From Myxococcota bacterium (GTDB lineage Bacteria; Myxococcota_A; UBA9160; UBA4427), in contig OZ252299.1 of assembly GCA_965250285.1 (NCBI GenBank), positions 224,001 to 288,000 of the forward strand: DNA of 64,000 nucleotides. The letters run 5' to 3'. The stretch's first letter is position 1; the number at the start of each line of letters is the position of its first letter. The notes beneath the pieces are model-generated. The model saw only the letters and a list, made by a program, of their open reading frames with translations, did not search any database and had not been told where the DNA came from. This document shows, piece after piece, positions 48,574 through 58,592 of this stretch. The translations under genes were made by a program, and so were the position numbers.

Positions 48574-49482
48574 CTAGCTCTGGACCGGTTCGATGAAGAG
48601 CGTGGGGACGCCGAAGGGCGCGTTCTTGACGGTGAAGACGCGGGTGCCGGGCTTGTGACCGTCGCGGACCGGCGTCACGTCGTAGCCTGCGGCCTCGACG
48701 CGTGCCCGGGCGCGGTCGGCATCACCGACCTGGTGGGCGATGCCCCAGAGCAGGTCGGTGTCTTCGCCGGGCGAGCCCAGGTCGCTGCCTTCCTTCAATG
48801 AGGCACCGATCTCGAGCGTCAGGCCGCCGCTGCGAAAGAAGATCAGGCGGACGCCGCGTTTCTCGAAGCGCTTGTCGAGGGCGAGCCGCAGGCCGAGCCC
48901 CTCGCCGTAGAACGAGAGCGCATGCTCGGGCGCCTTCGTCATCACGACGACGTGATCGAGGTGGCCGACGCAGCTGCCGTCGTCGTCGATGGGCGACGCG
49001 TGGGGCACGATCTCGTCGGTCGACGCGTCTTCGACGATGCGCGCCGTGATGCCGCGGGCGGCGTCGGCCGGCAAGTCGACGACGCGGTAGCGGCGCCACG
49101 CGCCCGATGGATCGTCGTGGGACAGAGCGTCGACGGGCTCGTGGGTTTCGACGCCGATCGACGCGAGGCTCGCACGCACTGCTTCGAGGTCGCGCGTGCC
49201 GAAGTCGAGCCGAAGCAGCCCCTCGCCCTGCGCATCGATGTGCGTCCGAAGCGCTCGGCCCACCGGTCCGTCGCCCTCCGGCGCGAGCAGCTCGAGCGTC
49301 GTGTTCGCGAGCCGAAACAGCACATTCGAGGTGCCATCGGCGGGCTGAGGTCCCTTCCAGGAAGGAGAGCACCCGAGCAGCCGCGCCATCTCGGGCGTCG
49401 CCTGGGCGACGTCACGCACGGCGATCACCACGTGATCGATTCGATCGACCCGGGTCGGCTCGGGTTCGCGCGCCTCGGCCAT
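48574..49482 (-). CDS. VOC/glyoxalase family protein (two domains)
   Basis: IDHVVIAVRD, LELL, LDHVVV, GLRLALD, G.KPGTRV; GGAGG RBS. Confidence 0.85.
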   Translation of the reverse strand: MAEAREPEPTRVDRIDHVVIAVRDVAQATPEMARLLGCSPSWKGPQPADGTSNVLFRLANTTLELLAPEGDGPVGRALRTHIDAQGEGLLRLDFGTRDLEAVRASLASIGVETHEPVDALSHDDPSGAWRRYRVVDLPADAARGITARIVEDASTDEIVPHASPIDDDGSCVGHLDHVVVMTKAPEHALSFYGEGLGLRLALDKRFEKRGVRLIFFRSGGLTLEIGASLKEGSDLGSPGEDTDLLWGIAHQVGDADRARARVEAAGYDVTPVRDGHKPGTRVFTVKNAPFGVPTLFIEPVQS

Positions 49483-49492
49483 GGCGGCCTCC

Positions 49493-49795
49493 TCAGAGGA
49501 TCGCTTCGAAGCCTTCGAAGACCGGGTGCCCGAGGTACGTGCCCTGGGGCGCGCGCGCCTGGGCGTGCGCCTTCTTGAACGACTCACTCTCGGTCCAGGC
49601 ACGGAAGTCGGCCTCGGTCTTCCAGATCGTGTGCGACGCATAGAGCGTCGCCTCGTCGTCCTCGGGGCCCTTCAGCAGTCGGAACGACTCGAAGCCGGGC
49701 GTGCCGTCGAGGTGCGAATCCCGGTTGCGCCAGAGCTCTTCGAAGTCGTGCTCGTGGCCCTTCGCGATGCGAAAGCGGTTCATGGCGATGTACAT
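49493..49795 (-). CDS. ABM-family monooxygenase, IsdG/HmuQ-like
   Basis: MYIAMNRF, FEELW, PGF, WTESESFKKAH, GHPVFEGF; GGAGG RBS. Confidence 0.85.
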   Translation of the reverse strand: MYIAMNRFRIAKGHEHDFEELWRNRDSHLDGTPGFESFRLLKGPEDDEATLYASHTIWKTEADFRAWTESESFKKAHAQARAPQGTYLGHPVFEGFEAIL

Positions 49796-49862
49796 GGGGT
49801 GCTCCTCCAGCGAGAGGATCGAACCTACCACACGGCCGATCGGGACGAAGGGCGATGCCGGC

Positions 49863-50762
49863 TCAGTCGGCGCTGGCCGCCGGTTCGAGCGCGCGCTCGA
49901 CGGCGTCGAGCCGATCGGCATCGGTGCCCGCGACCCGGCGCGCGAGCGGCAGCGTCTGCTGCGCCAGGAGCGCGTAGATGGTTTCGAGCGCGGGCGAGAC
50001 GGCCCGCAGCGCGGTGCGCTGCCGCGCGACGATGTCGGCCTCACCGCGCACGATCGGGCCCGAGAGCGCGCCGGCTGGCCCGCGTTCGAAGACGTTCGTG
50101 ACCGTGCCGCCGACGAGCCCCTCGAGCGCCGCCATCGCCGTCGCGCGGTCGACCCCCGCCGCTTCGTATGTCTGCAGGCTCGCCTCGACGAGGCCCACCA
50201 CGTGGTTGCAGGCCAGCACCGCCGCGGCGTGATACAGCGTCTTCGCGCCGCTCTCGATGCGCACCGTGCGGGCGCCGGCCTGCTCGAAGAGGGGGAGGGC
50301 GACGTCGAGCGCTGCGGCGTCGCCCTCGGCGCCGCACACCGTGCCTTCGAGCAGGTCGTCGCGCGCCTCGGCCACGGCGAAGCTGCGAATGGGATGCACG
50401 CTCGCGACGCTGGCCCCCTGCTCGCGCAAGACGCCGAGCACGTCCGATCCGAGGGCACCGCTCGTGTGCACGACGACGGCGCCGTCGAGATCGATCGGGG
50501 CCGAGGCCAGGGTCTCTGCGCTGCGCGCGAGGTCGGCGTCCGGTGTCGCGATGAACACGAGGTCGGCGCGCTCGAGAGACTCGATCGAGGCCACGGCCTC
50601 GCCCGCGCCGATGAAGTCGACGGCGGCCCGTGCACTCTCGAGCGATCGCGTGAGCACTTGCCCAGGCTCGATCGAGCCGCGCGTGGCGAAGAGCCTCGCG
50701 ACCGAGACCCCCAGCCGGCCGCAGCCGATGAAGTGCGTGCGCAGCGCTGCCGGGGGTGCCAT
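49863..50762 (-). CDS. Rossmann-like + DUF2520 oxidoreductase (PanG-like)
   Basis: IGCGRLG, HTSGA, HPIRSF, YHAAAVLACN, LSGPIVRG. Confidence 0.85.
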   Translation of the reverse strand: MAPPAALRTHFIGCGRLGVSVARLFATRGSIEPGQVLTRSLESARAAVDFIGAGEAVASIESLERADLVFIATPDADLARSAETLASAPIDLDGAVVVHTSGALGSDVLGVLREQGASVASVHPIRSFAVAEARDDLLEGTVCGAEGDAAALDVALPLFEQAGARTVRIESGAKTLYHAAAVLACNHVVGLVEASLQTYEAAGVDRATAMAALEGLVGGTVTNVFERGPAGALSGPIVRGEADIVARQRTALRAVSPALETIYALLAQQTLPLARRVAGTDADRLDAVERALEPAASAD

Positions 50763-50779
50763 GGCCGACCTCTTGGGCG

Positions 50780-51958
50780 TCAGTCGTCTCGTGAGAGGAT
50801 CGCCGCGCTGGTCGGGACACCGGTACCGGCGGTGACGAGCACGTTCGTCGCGCCATCGACCTGGTTGACCGAGGTGCCTCGCACCTGTCGAGCCGCTTCG
50901 GCGATGCCGTTCATCCCGTGAATGTACGCTTCGCCGAGCTGTCCGCCGTTCGTGTTGATGGGCAGGTCGCCGCCGAGCTCGATGCGGCCGTCCTTCACGA
51001 AATCCTTGGCCTCGCCGACCTTGCAGAAGCCGAACTCCTCGAGCTGCGGCAGCACCAGCGGCGTAAAGTGGTCGTAGATGACGGCCGTCTGGATGTCCTT
51101 GGCCGAGAGACCGGTGTCGGCCCACAGCTGGCGCGCGACCAGGCCCATCTCGGGGATCGCGGCGATGTTGTCGCGGTAGTAGCTCTTCATCATCTGCTGG
51201 TCTTCGCCGCTGCCCTGCGCGGCCGAGGCGATCACGACCGGCGGGTTCGGCAGGTCGCGCGCTCGCTCGAGGCTCGTGACGACGAGGGCCTGCCCACCGT
51301 CGCTCTCCTGGCAGCAGTCGAGCAGATGGAGAGGCTTCACGATCCAACGGCTCTCTTGATGCTCTTCGAGCGTGATCGGCTTCTGGTAGAAGAACGCCTC
51401 GGGATTCGTCGCCGCGTGCTTGCGGTCGGCGACCGAGACGCGCCCGAAGTCTTCGCTGGTCGCTCCGTACTCGTGCATGTACCGCGTCGCGAACATCGCG
51501 ACCCACGAAGCCGGGGTGAGCAGCCCGAACGGCGAGCTCCAGCCGAAGTCGACCATCGAGGGAGTCGCGTCGGCTTCGCGGGCCTGAACGCCCGTGCCGA
51601 AGCGTGTCTCGCTGCGCTCGTTGAACGCGCGATAGACCAGCACATTCTCGGCCGCGCCGCTGGCGACCGCCATGGCAGCCTGGTGGATCGTTCCGCAGGC
51701 CGCGCCGCCGCTGTGGTGGATCCGGCTGAAGTGCGTCAGCTCCTTGATGCCGAGTGAGCGAGCCACGTCGATCTCGTGGTTGTCGTCGGTCGTGTAGCTG
51801 ACGATGCCGTCGATCTGATGGGGCTCGAGGCCCGCGTCGCGAATCGCCGTCTCGCTGCACTCGACGGCCAGTCGCAGCGTGCTGCGGCCCGAGTTCTTCG
51901 AGAACTCGGTCGCGCCGAGGCCCGCGATGGCCGTCTTGCCTGCGAAGGACATGGTCAT
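50780..51958 (-). CDS. ltp2: Ltp2-like lipid-transfer protein (thiolase-fold steroid side-chain aldolase)
   Basis: GATEFSKNSGRS, YRAFNERS, LLDCCQESDG, YDHF, GGQLGEAYIHG. Confidence 0.85.
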   Translation of the reverse strand: MTMSFAGKTAIAGLGATEFSKNSGRSTLRLAVECSETAIRDAGLEPHQIDGIVSYTTDDNHEIDVARSLGIKELTHFSRIHHSGGAACGTIHQAAMAVASGAAENVLVYRAFNERSETRFGTGVQAREADATPSMVDFGWSSPFGLLTPASWVAMFATRYMHEYGATSEDFGRVSVADRKHAATNPEAFFYQKPITLEEHQESRWIVKPLHLLDCCQESDGGQALVVTSLERARDLPNPPVVIASAAQGSGEDQQMMKSYYRDNIAAIPEMGLVARQLWADTGLSAKDIQTAVIYDHFTPLVLPQLEEFGFCKVGEAKDFVKDGRIELGGDLPINTNGGQLGEAYIHGMNGIAEAARQVRGTSVNQVDGATNVLVTAGTGVPTSAAILSRDD

Positions 51959-52000
51959 AAGAAGAGGTCTCCTGCGGATGCGCGTGGGAGGAGCCGGGGC

Positions 52001-53395
52001 TCAGCCCTTCGGCAGCTCGAGCTCGATGGTGCCGGTGACGTGGGGCCCCATCTTGTTCAGGCCCTGGATCTGAACGGTGACCTTGCCGTCGGGCGACTTC
52101 TCGGTGACCTGGCCCGTCATCGTCATGGTGTCATAGGGGTAGTTCGGCACGCCGAGCCGGATGGCGAGCTTGGTCAGCTTTGCGTCGGGACCGGCCCAGT
52201 CGGTGACGTAGCGCGCCGACAGTCCGCTCGAGGTCAGGATGTTCATGAAGATGTCCGGCGACCCGCGCTGAATCGCGAGGTCGCGATCGTGGTGGACATC
52301 TTGGTAGTCGCGAGATGCGATCGCCGTCGCGACGATGAGCGTGGGCGTGATCGGGATCGGCAAGGGGCCCAGCGCGTCGCCGACACTCACATCGCCGATG
52401 CCGAGCGTCGTCTCGCGGCGCCGCTGGGCGCACGGTCGGAACACCGGCAGCCGGGCGCCATCGGCGCCGCGCTCGATGTAGCACTCGACCTCGATCCCCA
52501 CCTCGACGTCGTCCGGCGCGATGCCCGCCACGTTGGCGATGAGGCGCGTGCCTTCTTCGAGCTGCACGAGCACGACCGGCAGGGGATACTCGAAGCCCGG
52601 TACCTGGGGATGGTTCACCTCGACGTGGCTGTAGATCACGCCGCGACCGCTCGACACCGTGTGGCCCAGCTCGTACGAGCCGCACTCGGGGCACCGAACC
52701 ACGGGCGGGTGGTGGAGCGATCCGCAGCTCTCGCACTGCTGAATGCGCAGCTCACCCTCTTCGAGGCCGTCCCAGAAGAACTTCGTGTCGCGGCTGACGC
52801 CCGGTTTCGGTCGCGGCACGACGGCCGGGGCCGCGCTCGGGTCGGCTGCGGCCATGCGGCCCGTGCCCGGCTTGAACTTGAGGATCTTGAAGGTCATCGA
52901 TCCGACCTTCTCGCCGGATTGGTTGGTGTACTCCGTCTCGCTGGTGACGAAGTGGCCGATGCCGAGCGCTGTCTTCTTCTCGTCGGAGACGCTCGACACG
53001 TACGAGCTCATGTGGAGCTCGTCGCCGAGCTCGAGGTAGCGCGTGTACTCGTGCGCCGAATCGGTCGCGACCACCGAGGTGAAGCCGGCGGCGTCGAGCA
53101 TCGCGTAGACCTTGCCTGCCGGATCGACGCGGACCGCTTCGGGGTCGCGGCCCTTGAGGCCGGGCATTCCCCACGCGTTCAGCATGGCAGGCGGCGCGAC
53201 GATCTGGCCGAAGGGAGATGTCGCAGCCACCGCCGGGTCGACGTAGTTCGGGTTCTCGTCGCCCATCGCGTCGCACCAGTGGCGAATCATCGGCTGGTTG
53301 ACCGGGTCGCGGGCGATCGTCGTCGGGCTGCGTTCGCCGACGAGGGCACGCATGCGTGCGACGAGCTCCGAGGTCGGGGCTTCTTCGTTGCTCAA
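52001..53395 (-). CDS. Fused steroid side-chain enoyl-CoA hydratase: MaoC-like + DUF35 (Zn-ribbon/OB) + MaoC-like (ChsH2-ChsH1 fusion)
   Basis: RDPVNQPMIRHW; QQCESC..HHPP..RCPEC; AIASRDYQDVHHD and DIFMNILT; TTG start. Confidence 0.8.
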   Translation of the reverse strand: MSNEEAPTSELVARMRALVGERSPTTIARDPVNQPMIRHWCDAMGDENPNYVDPAVAATSPFGQIVAPPAMLNAWGMPGLKGRDPEAVRVDPAGKVYAMLDAAGFTSVVATDSAHEYTRYLELGDELHMSSYVSSVSDEKKTALGIGHFVTSETEYTNQSGEKVGSMTFKILKFKPGTGRMAAADPSAAPAVVPRPKPGVSRDTKFFWDGLEEGELRIQQCESCGSLHHPPVVRCPECGSYELGHTVSSGRGVIYSHVEVNHPQVPGFEYPLPVVLVQLEEGTRLIANVAGIAPDDVEVGIEVECYIERGADGARLPVFRPCAQRRRETTLGIGDVSVGDALGPLPIPITPTLIVATAIASRDYQDVHHDRDLAIQRGSPDIFMNILTSSGLSARYVTDWAGPDAKLTKLAIRLGVPNYPYDTMTMTGQVTEKSPDGKVTVQIQGLNKMGPHVTGTIELELPKG

Positions 53396-53517
53396 GGCGT
53401 CTCCTCCACCACAGCGGGCTCGGTCGAGTTCGAAGCGGGGTGCGCGTCATCGCACCCGAGCGCGCGCCGGGCGTTCGTCGCGCGCCCGGCATCGACCGAG
53501 CCATCGAAGCTAGCCGA

Positions 53518-54540
53518 TCAGGTCATCGATTCGAGCGCTGCCTCACCCGGTGAGCAAGCGTCGAGCAGCGCGGTTCTGTCTGCGGCCGAGAGCCGTGGGA
53601 GCCGAGACCGCGGTTGGCCACGGACGAGCGCGGCGGCGCGCTCGAGCCAGTCGGGTCGTTCGGGCAGCTCGAAGAACCGGGCAATTCGTTCGAGCGTCTC
53701 GCCCGGCGCGTCGATCATCGCCTCGAACGAGACGACGAGCAGGCGATCGCCGGGCAGGTCGGTGAGGCCAGCCGCGCCGCGCTCGATCTGGTCGCTCCAG
53801 TAGCGGCCGAAGGCCTCGACCGAGGGGCGTGAGGCGAGGATGCGGCTGATGGTGTCGTCGCCCGACGGCGCGCCGAAGAGGTCGAGGGGCGGGCAATCCG
53901 AAACGCGGATCCCGGGCTCGATCTCGACGTCGTAGAGCAGGGAGATCGGCAGTCGATACGCATGATGCTCGCGCATCGAGAGGGCGACCTCGGGACCGCT
54001 GCGATGAATGTGCACGAAGCGTGCATCGTCGAAGACCCGCACGAGGTCGCCGGCATAGTCGATGCTCGAGCCCGACCGTTCGATCCAGCAGGGTCGAGCC
54101 GCTCGTTCGCCGAGCCAGGCGAAGAGCGCGCGGTGGTGGTCGGCGGCGCTTCGCTCGGGTTGGGCGCCCGCCCACGCCAGAGCCCGGTCGAAGAGCGCAT
54201 CGGGCGCATCGTCGAGTCGCGGCAGCATCGTCACGAGCAGCCAGGGCAGGGCATCGTCCCGCGCATAGCGCCCATCGCTCGGGCCTTCAGGGGCATCGGC
54301 GTAGGGATAGATGACCTCTTCGACCGGGTAGCCCCGCCGCACGACGGCGTTCAGTACGGGCTGCACGGCCGCGATGCGCTCGGCGAAGACCGCACCCGAC
54401 ACGGGCGTCGGGTCGAAGCGCGTCCCCATGTCGAACCCGTTGAAATACTCGAAGATGCTCAGCACATCGGGGTGTTCGCCGACCATGCGCGAGAGAAGCG
54501 TCGATCCGCACCGGCCTGTGCCGACGATGAAGCGATCCAA
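53518..54540 (-). CDS. Sulfotransferase family protein
   Basis: FIVGTGRCGSTLL (PAPS-binding loop), WIERSG, VHIHRSG..VALS; TTG start at 54540 with GGAGG upstream. Confidence 0.8.
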   Translation of the reverse strand: MDRFIVGTGRCGSTLLSRMVGEHPDVLSIFEYFNGFDMGTRFDPTPVSGAVFAERIAAVQPVLNAVVRRGYPVEEVIYPYADAPEGPSDGRYARDDALPWLLVTMLPRLDDAPDALFDRALAWAGAQPERSAADHHRALFAWLGERAARPCWIERSGSSIDYAGDLVRVFDDARFVHIHRSGPEVALSMREHHAYRLPISLLYDVEIEPGIRVSDCPPLDLFGAPSGDDTISRILASRPSVEAFGRYWSDQIERGAAGLTDLPGDRLLVVSFEAMIDAPGETLERIARFFELPERPDWLERAAALVRGQPRSRLPRLSAADRTALLDACSPGEAALESMT

Positions 54541-54627
54541 GAGGCCTCCCGGGGCGGGGGCTGCGCGCCCGCGAGCGCCGAGTCTACCTTCTCGTCGCAA
54601 ACGTCCCCCTCACCCCAGGAGCCCTGC

Positions 54628-55833
54628 ATGGCGACCTTCGAAGACCCCGACGTGATGAGTGGCGAGGCGTGGGGCGATCTCTGCGATGCAATCCGTCGCG
54701 CCGGGGATCGGGTGCTGGCCGACGGGATCGACGCGTCGCCGCGCATGCGCGCCGAGGGGTTTCGCTACCTGACCCGATTTCTTGCGGCGGGCATCGTCGG
54801 GTGCGTCACCCACGACGACCCGGCGCAGCCGGTGTTCGGTCGCCTGATGGACATCACGATGCCGTGGGGGCTCGACAACCCCGACTGTCTCTATCTCTAC
54901 GCGCCACTCGAGCCCGGCGCGGTCTACCGGGTCTTCGGCGATCGTGGCACGGCCCGTCACATCGACCTGCAGGTGAACTTCGGGCACTTCGCCGAGGGAG
55001 AGATCGCGAAGTGGGGCACGATCGCGTCGATCGACGGTCCGGGCCTCGAGGCGGACGAGAACGGCATGTTCGAGCTGCGGCTGGGCGGCCGACCCGCGCC
55101 CGGCGGCCCGCCGATGCTGCCGCTCGGTGACGACGCGCAGTTTCTGCTCGTGCGTCAGTACTTCGATGCCTGGGCGACCGAGCGGCCCGCCGATCTGCTG
55201 ATCGAGCGCGAGGATGGCGCGATCCCCGCCCCGCCGCCGACGACGCGCTTCGTCGGCGAGCGCCTGCGCAAGCTCGTGCGCTGGCTCGATCGCGGGGGCC
55301 TGCTCTGGGAGAACATGAGCCGCGGGTTCGTCGGGATGGATCCGAACTCGATCCTCATGCACCGCGCCGATCTCGCAGCCGAGCGAGCTGGGCTGCGGGG
55401 GCAGACCTACGGCATGGGCAACTTCCACTGCGCGCCGGGGGAGGGCGTGCTCGTCGAGTTCGAAGTGCCTCGGTGCCATCATTTCGGCGTCGCGCTCGCC
55501 AACGAGTACTGGGAGTGCATCGAGTTCGCGACGCACCAATCCTCACTCAATCGCTCGCAGAGCGCGATCGACGAAGACGGCGTGTTTCGAGCCGTGATCG
55601 CCCACGACGATCCGGGGATCGCGAACTGGCTCGATCCGGCGGGCCTCGAGCGCGGCACGTTGACGGTGCGGTTCCTCGCGGCCGACGAAACGCCCGACGT
55701 TCGACTCGAGCGCGCGCCCATCGACGCGCTGCTCGCTCGGCTCCCCGCGACGACGGTCCGCATGGATGCGGCCGAACGTCGCGCCGCGCTCGTCGCGCGG
55801 CGACGGGCCGTCCACCGGCGGTATCGGCGCTGA
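54628..55833 (+). CDS. DUF1214 domain protein
   Basis: EGFRYL, GLDNPD, VRQYF, DEDG..R.VIAHDDPG.ANWLD; AGGAG RBS. Confidence 0.8.
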   Translation: MATFEDPDVMSGEAWGDLCDAIRRAGDRVLADGIDASPRMRAEGFRYLTRFLAAGIVGCVTHDDPAQPVFGRLMDITMPWGLDNPDCLYLYAPLEPGAVYRVFGDRGTARHIDLQVNFGHFAEGEIAKWGTIASIDGPGLEADENGMFELRLGGRPAPGGPPMLPLGDDAQFLLVRQYFDAWATERPADLLIEREDGAIPAPPPTTRFVGERLRKLVRWLDRGGLLWENMSRGFVGMDPNSILMHRADLAAERAGLRGQTYGMGNFHCAPGEGVLVEFEVPRCHHFGVALANEYWECIEFATHQSSLNRSQSAIDEDGVFRAVIAHDDPGIANWLDPAGLERGTLTVRFLAADETPDVRLERAPIDALLARLPATTVRMDAAERRAALVARRRAVHRRYRR

Positions 55834-56022
55834 GCGCTCGACCCCTCTGCGTGCACCCGTGAGAATCAACGGTCGCGCGGGGCGGCGGCTGGCTATGCTG
55901 CCGGGGCCGGTACGCTCCCGCTCGGGTGTGCCCGGCGCGTGGCCATCGGCTCACTCGATGAACGCGCCCACCCCCCGCCCCGGATCGTCGCGCCGACGAA
56001 CCGACCTTCGAAGGAGTCGTTC

Positions 56023-56673
56023 GTGAAGTTCTACAACTCGCTCGGGCCCAACCCCCGGCTCGTCCGCATGTTCCTGATCGAGAAGGGGCTCGAGATTCCC
56101 TTCGAAGAGGTCGACATCATGGGCGCCGAGAATCGACAGGATGCCTATCTCGCGAAGTACTCGATGGGCGAGCTGCCTTGCCTCGAGCTCGACGATGGCA
56201 CGGTCATCGGCCAGACGATCGCGATCTGCGAGTACATCGAAGAGACGCAGGGGGGGACGCCGCTGGTCGGTGCGACGCCCGAAGAACGCGCGCTCACGCG
56301 CATGTGGATCCGCAGTATCGAGGCGAAGGTCAACAACCCGATGACCGACGGGTTTCGCTGGGCCGAGGGCCTGGCCATGTTCAAGGAGCGGCGCTTCACG
56401 GCGCCCGACGCCGCCGACGCGATGAAGGCGCAGGCGCGCCACGGGCTGCAGTGGCTCGATGCTCAGCTGGCCGGCCGCGACACGGTGACCGGCGGCGCCT
56501 TCGGCCTGGCCGACATCCTGCTGTACTGCTTCCTCGACTTCGGCGCCGGGGTCGGTCAGCCCTTCGACCCGAGCCTCGGCAATGTGAAGCAGTGGTTCGA
56601 CGCCGTCGCGGGCCGCGACTCGGCCGAGGCGAGCCTGCACCCGGTGGCGGCTGCCGGTGGCATGCGTGCGTAG
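56023..56673 (+). CDS. Glutathione S-transferase family protein
   Basis: GPNPRLVRMF, LPCLELDDG, AICEYIEE, ADI; GTG start after AAGGAG. Confidence 0.9.
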   Translation: MKFYNSLGPNPRLVRMFLIEKGLEIPFEEVDIMGAENRQDAYLAKYSMGELPCLELDDGTVIGQTIAICEYIEETQGGTPLVGATPEERALTRMWIRSIEAKVNNPMTDGFRWAEGLAMFKERRFTAPDAADAMKAQARHGLQWLDAQLAGRDTVTGGAFGLADILLYCFLDFGAGVGQPFDPSLGNVKQWFDAVAGRDSAEASLHPVAAAGGMRA

Positions 56674-57745
56674 TCCGCGCGCGAGCGCGCTCGCCCGAGC
56701 GAGTGCGCTCGCGCTGTTCGCCTGGCTCGTGGTCGGCGCGATCCCGACCTCGGCGCGGGCGCAGAGTTCTGCTGCGCCTTCCGCGTCGGACGGTGCGTCC
56801 GCGCCGTGGGCCCGTCCGCCGATCAATGTGCAGGGGGGCTTCACGCTCGACCGCGGCGAGGTCGTGCTCGCGTATCGCTTCGAGCGCGTCGGCAAGAACG
56901 GACTCCAGTCGGGCAAGCAGAAGATCGATCCGATGTCGGTCCTCGGCGTCTACGAGTCTGCGCCCGAGACCCTCGATCTCGATCGGCACGTCTTCAGCGC
57001 GCTGTGGTCGCCGGTCGAGGCGCTCACGCTGCAGGTCGATCTGCCCTTTCTGCGGACGTCTGCGGATCAGATCTACGTCGACCCGATCGATGGGCTCACC
57101 GGTTTCGAGACGCTCTCGAACGGCTTCGGCGACGTCGGCCTCTGGTTCCTATACCGCGTCTTCGAGGACGCCTACTCGAACCTGCATCTGAACCTGGGCC
57201 TCACGTTTCCTTCCGGCTCCATCGGCGAGGCTCAGCAGCTGCCGATCGGGAGCAACCCCGACGAGCTGCAGCGGCTCGCGTATCCATTGCAGCTCGGGTC
57301 GGGGACGGTCGATCTGCGGCCGGGCTTCACCTATCGCGGGCGCTATGCGCGTGCGGGGTGGGGCGTTCAGGCGCTCGCCGTCTTGCGCGCCGGCACGAAC
57401 CAGGCCGACTACATCCTCGGGAACGAGTACTCGGTGAAGGCCTGGGGCAGCTATGCCTGGAACGACTGGCTGGCGAACTCGTTCACGCTCGCCTGGAGTC
57501 AGCGCTTCGACACCAGCGGAGTGGACGAGCTGATCGATCCCGCGACGAGTCCGATGGCGGTCGCCGACCTGCAGGCGTACCGGCGGCTCGACGCGCTCTT
57601 CGGCCTCGCGATCACGCCGACGGGCGGTCGGCTCTCCCGAACCCGCTGGGTGCTCGATGCGGGGCTGCCCGCGTTCCAGGATCTCGACGGCCCGCAGCCG
57701 CGAACGAAGTGGCTGGTCCAGTTCGCGCTCGAGATCGCGATCTAG
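56666..57745 (+). CDS. Outer-membrane beta-barrel transporter (MetA-pathway/phenol degradation-like)
   Basis: Signal peptide (ARA-Q), GFGDV, PSG, YPLQLGSGTVD, amphipathic C-terminal strand; start uncertain. Confidence 0.7.
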   Translation: MRSPRASALARASALALFAWLVVGAIPTSARAQSSAAPSASDGASAPWARPPINVQGGFTLDRGEVVLAYRFERVGKNGLQSGKQKIDPMSVLGVYESAPETLDLDRHVFSALWSPVEALTLQVDLPFLRTSADQIYVDPIDGLTGFETLSNGFGDVGLWFLYRVFEDAYSNLHLNLGLTFPSGSIGEAQQLPIGSNPDELQRLAYPLQLGSGTVDLRPGFTYRGRYARAGWGVQALAVLRAGTNQADYILGNEYSVKAWGSYAWNDWLANSFTLAWSQRFDTSGVDELIDPATSPMAVADLQAYRRLDALFGLAITPTGGRLSRTRWVLDAGLPAFQDLDGPQPRTKWLVQFALEIAI

Positions 57746-57806
57746 CGTCGATCAACGGGATGCTCGCGCTCGGTCGTCATTTCGAGCGCCGAAGCGAGCG
57801 GCCTCG

Positions 57807-58592
57807 TTACAGCGTGAACTCGGCGATCACGGGCGCATGGTCCGATGCCGTGAGTCCGTCGATCTTCTTGCGGAAGTCGCGGTCGACGTAGACCGCCTCG
57901 AGCCCCGTGCGGACAGGCTCGGTGGCGAGCACGAAGTCGATGCGCAGCCCGTGGCCGCGGTGGAACGAGCCGCCTCGATAGTCCCACCACGAGAAGCCCG
58001 GCTCGTCGGGATGCAGCACGCGAAACAGGTCGTGCAGGCCCCAGTCGATCAGCGATGCGATGCGTTCGCGTTCGGCATCGGTATGGAAGATCGCGTCGCG
58101 GTGGCCTTCGGCGTCCCAGCTGTCGAGGTCGGTCGGGCAGATGTTGAAGTCGCCGCACAGGATCGTGGGCTCGCTGGCATCGTGGCTCTCGTCGAGGTGG
58201 GCCCGGAGGCTCTCGAACCAGGCGAGCTTCTTCGGGTAGTCGTCGTGGTCGACGCTCTTGCCATTTGGACAGTACACCGTGGTGAAGCGCAGGCCGCCGA
58301 CCCGAGCCGAGATGAGCCGCGAGCCGAAGTCATCCTCGCCGGGCAGCCCGGTCTGCACGAGCTCACCCGGCTCTCGGCTCAGAATCGCGACGCCGTTCCA
58401 GGCCTTCTGGCCATAGGTCAGCGCGTGGTAGCCGAGCTCTCCGAAGACGTCGTGCGGAAACTGCTCGTCCTGCATCTTGAGCTCCTGGAACCCGACGACG
58501 TCGGGCTCGCGCGCTTCGAGCCACGCGCGTACGTAGTCGAGCCGGGCCCGCAGGCCATTCACGTTCCAGGTCGCGACGCGCATGCTCTTCAT
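57807..58592 (-). CDS. xth: Exodeoxyribonuclease III
   Basis: ATWNVNG, QELK, NGVAIL, YCPNG, CGDFN, FSWWDYR, LRIDF, SDHAPV. Confidence 0.95.
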   Translation of the reverse strand: MKSMRVATWNVNGLRARLDYVRAWLEAREPDVVGFQELKMQDEQFPHDVFGELGYHALTYGQKAWNGVAILSREPGELVQTGLPGEDDFGSRLISARVGGLRFTTVYCPNGKSVDHDDYPKKLAWFESLRAHLDESHDASEPTILCGDFNICPTDLDSWDAEGHRDAIFHTDAERERIASLIDWGLHDLFRVLHPDEPGFSWWDYRGGSFHRGHGLRIDFVLATEPVRTGLEAVYVDRDFRKKIDGLTASDHAPVIAEFTL

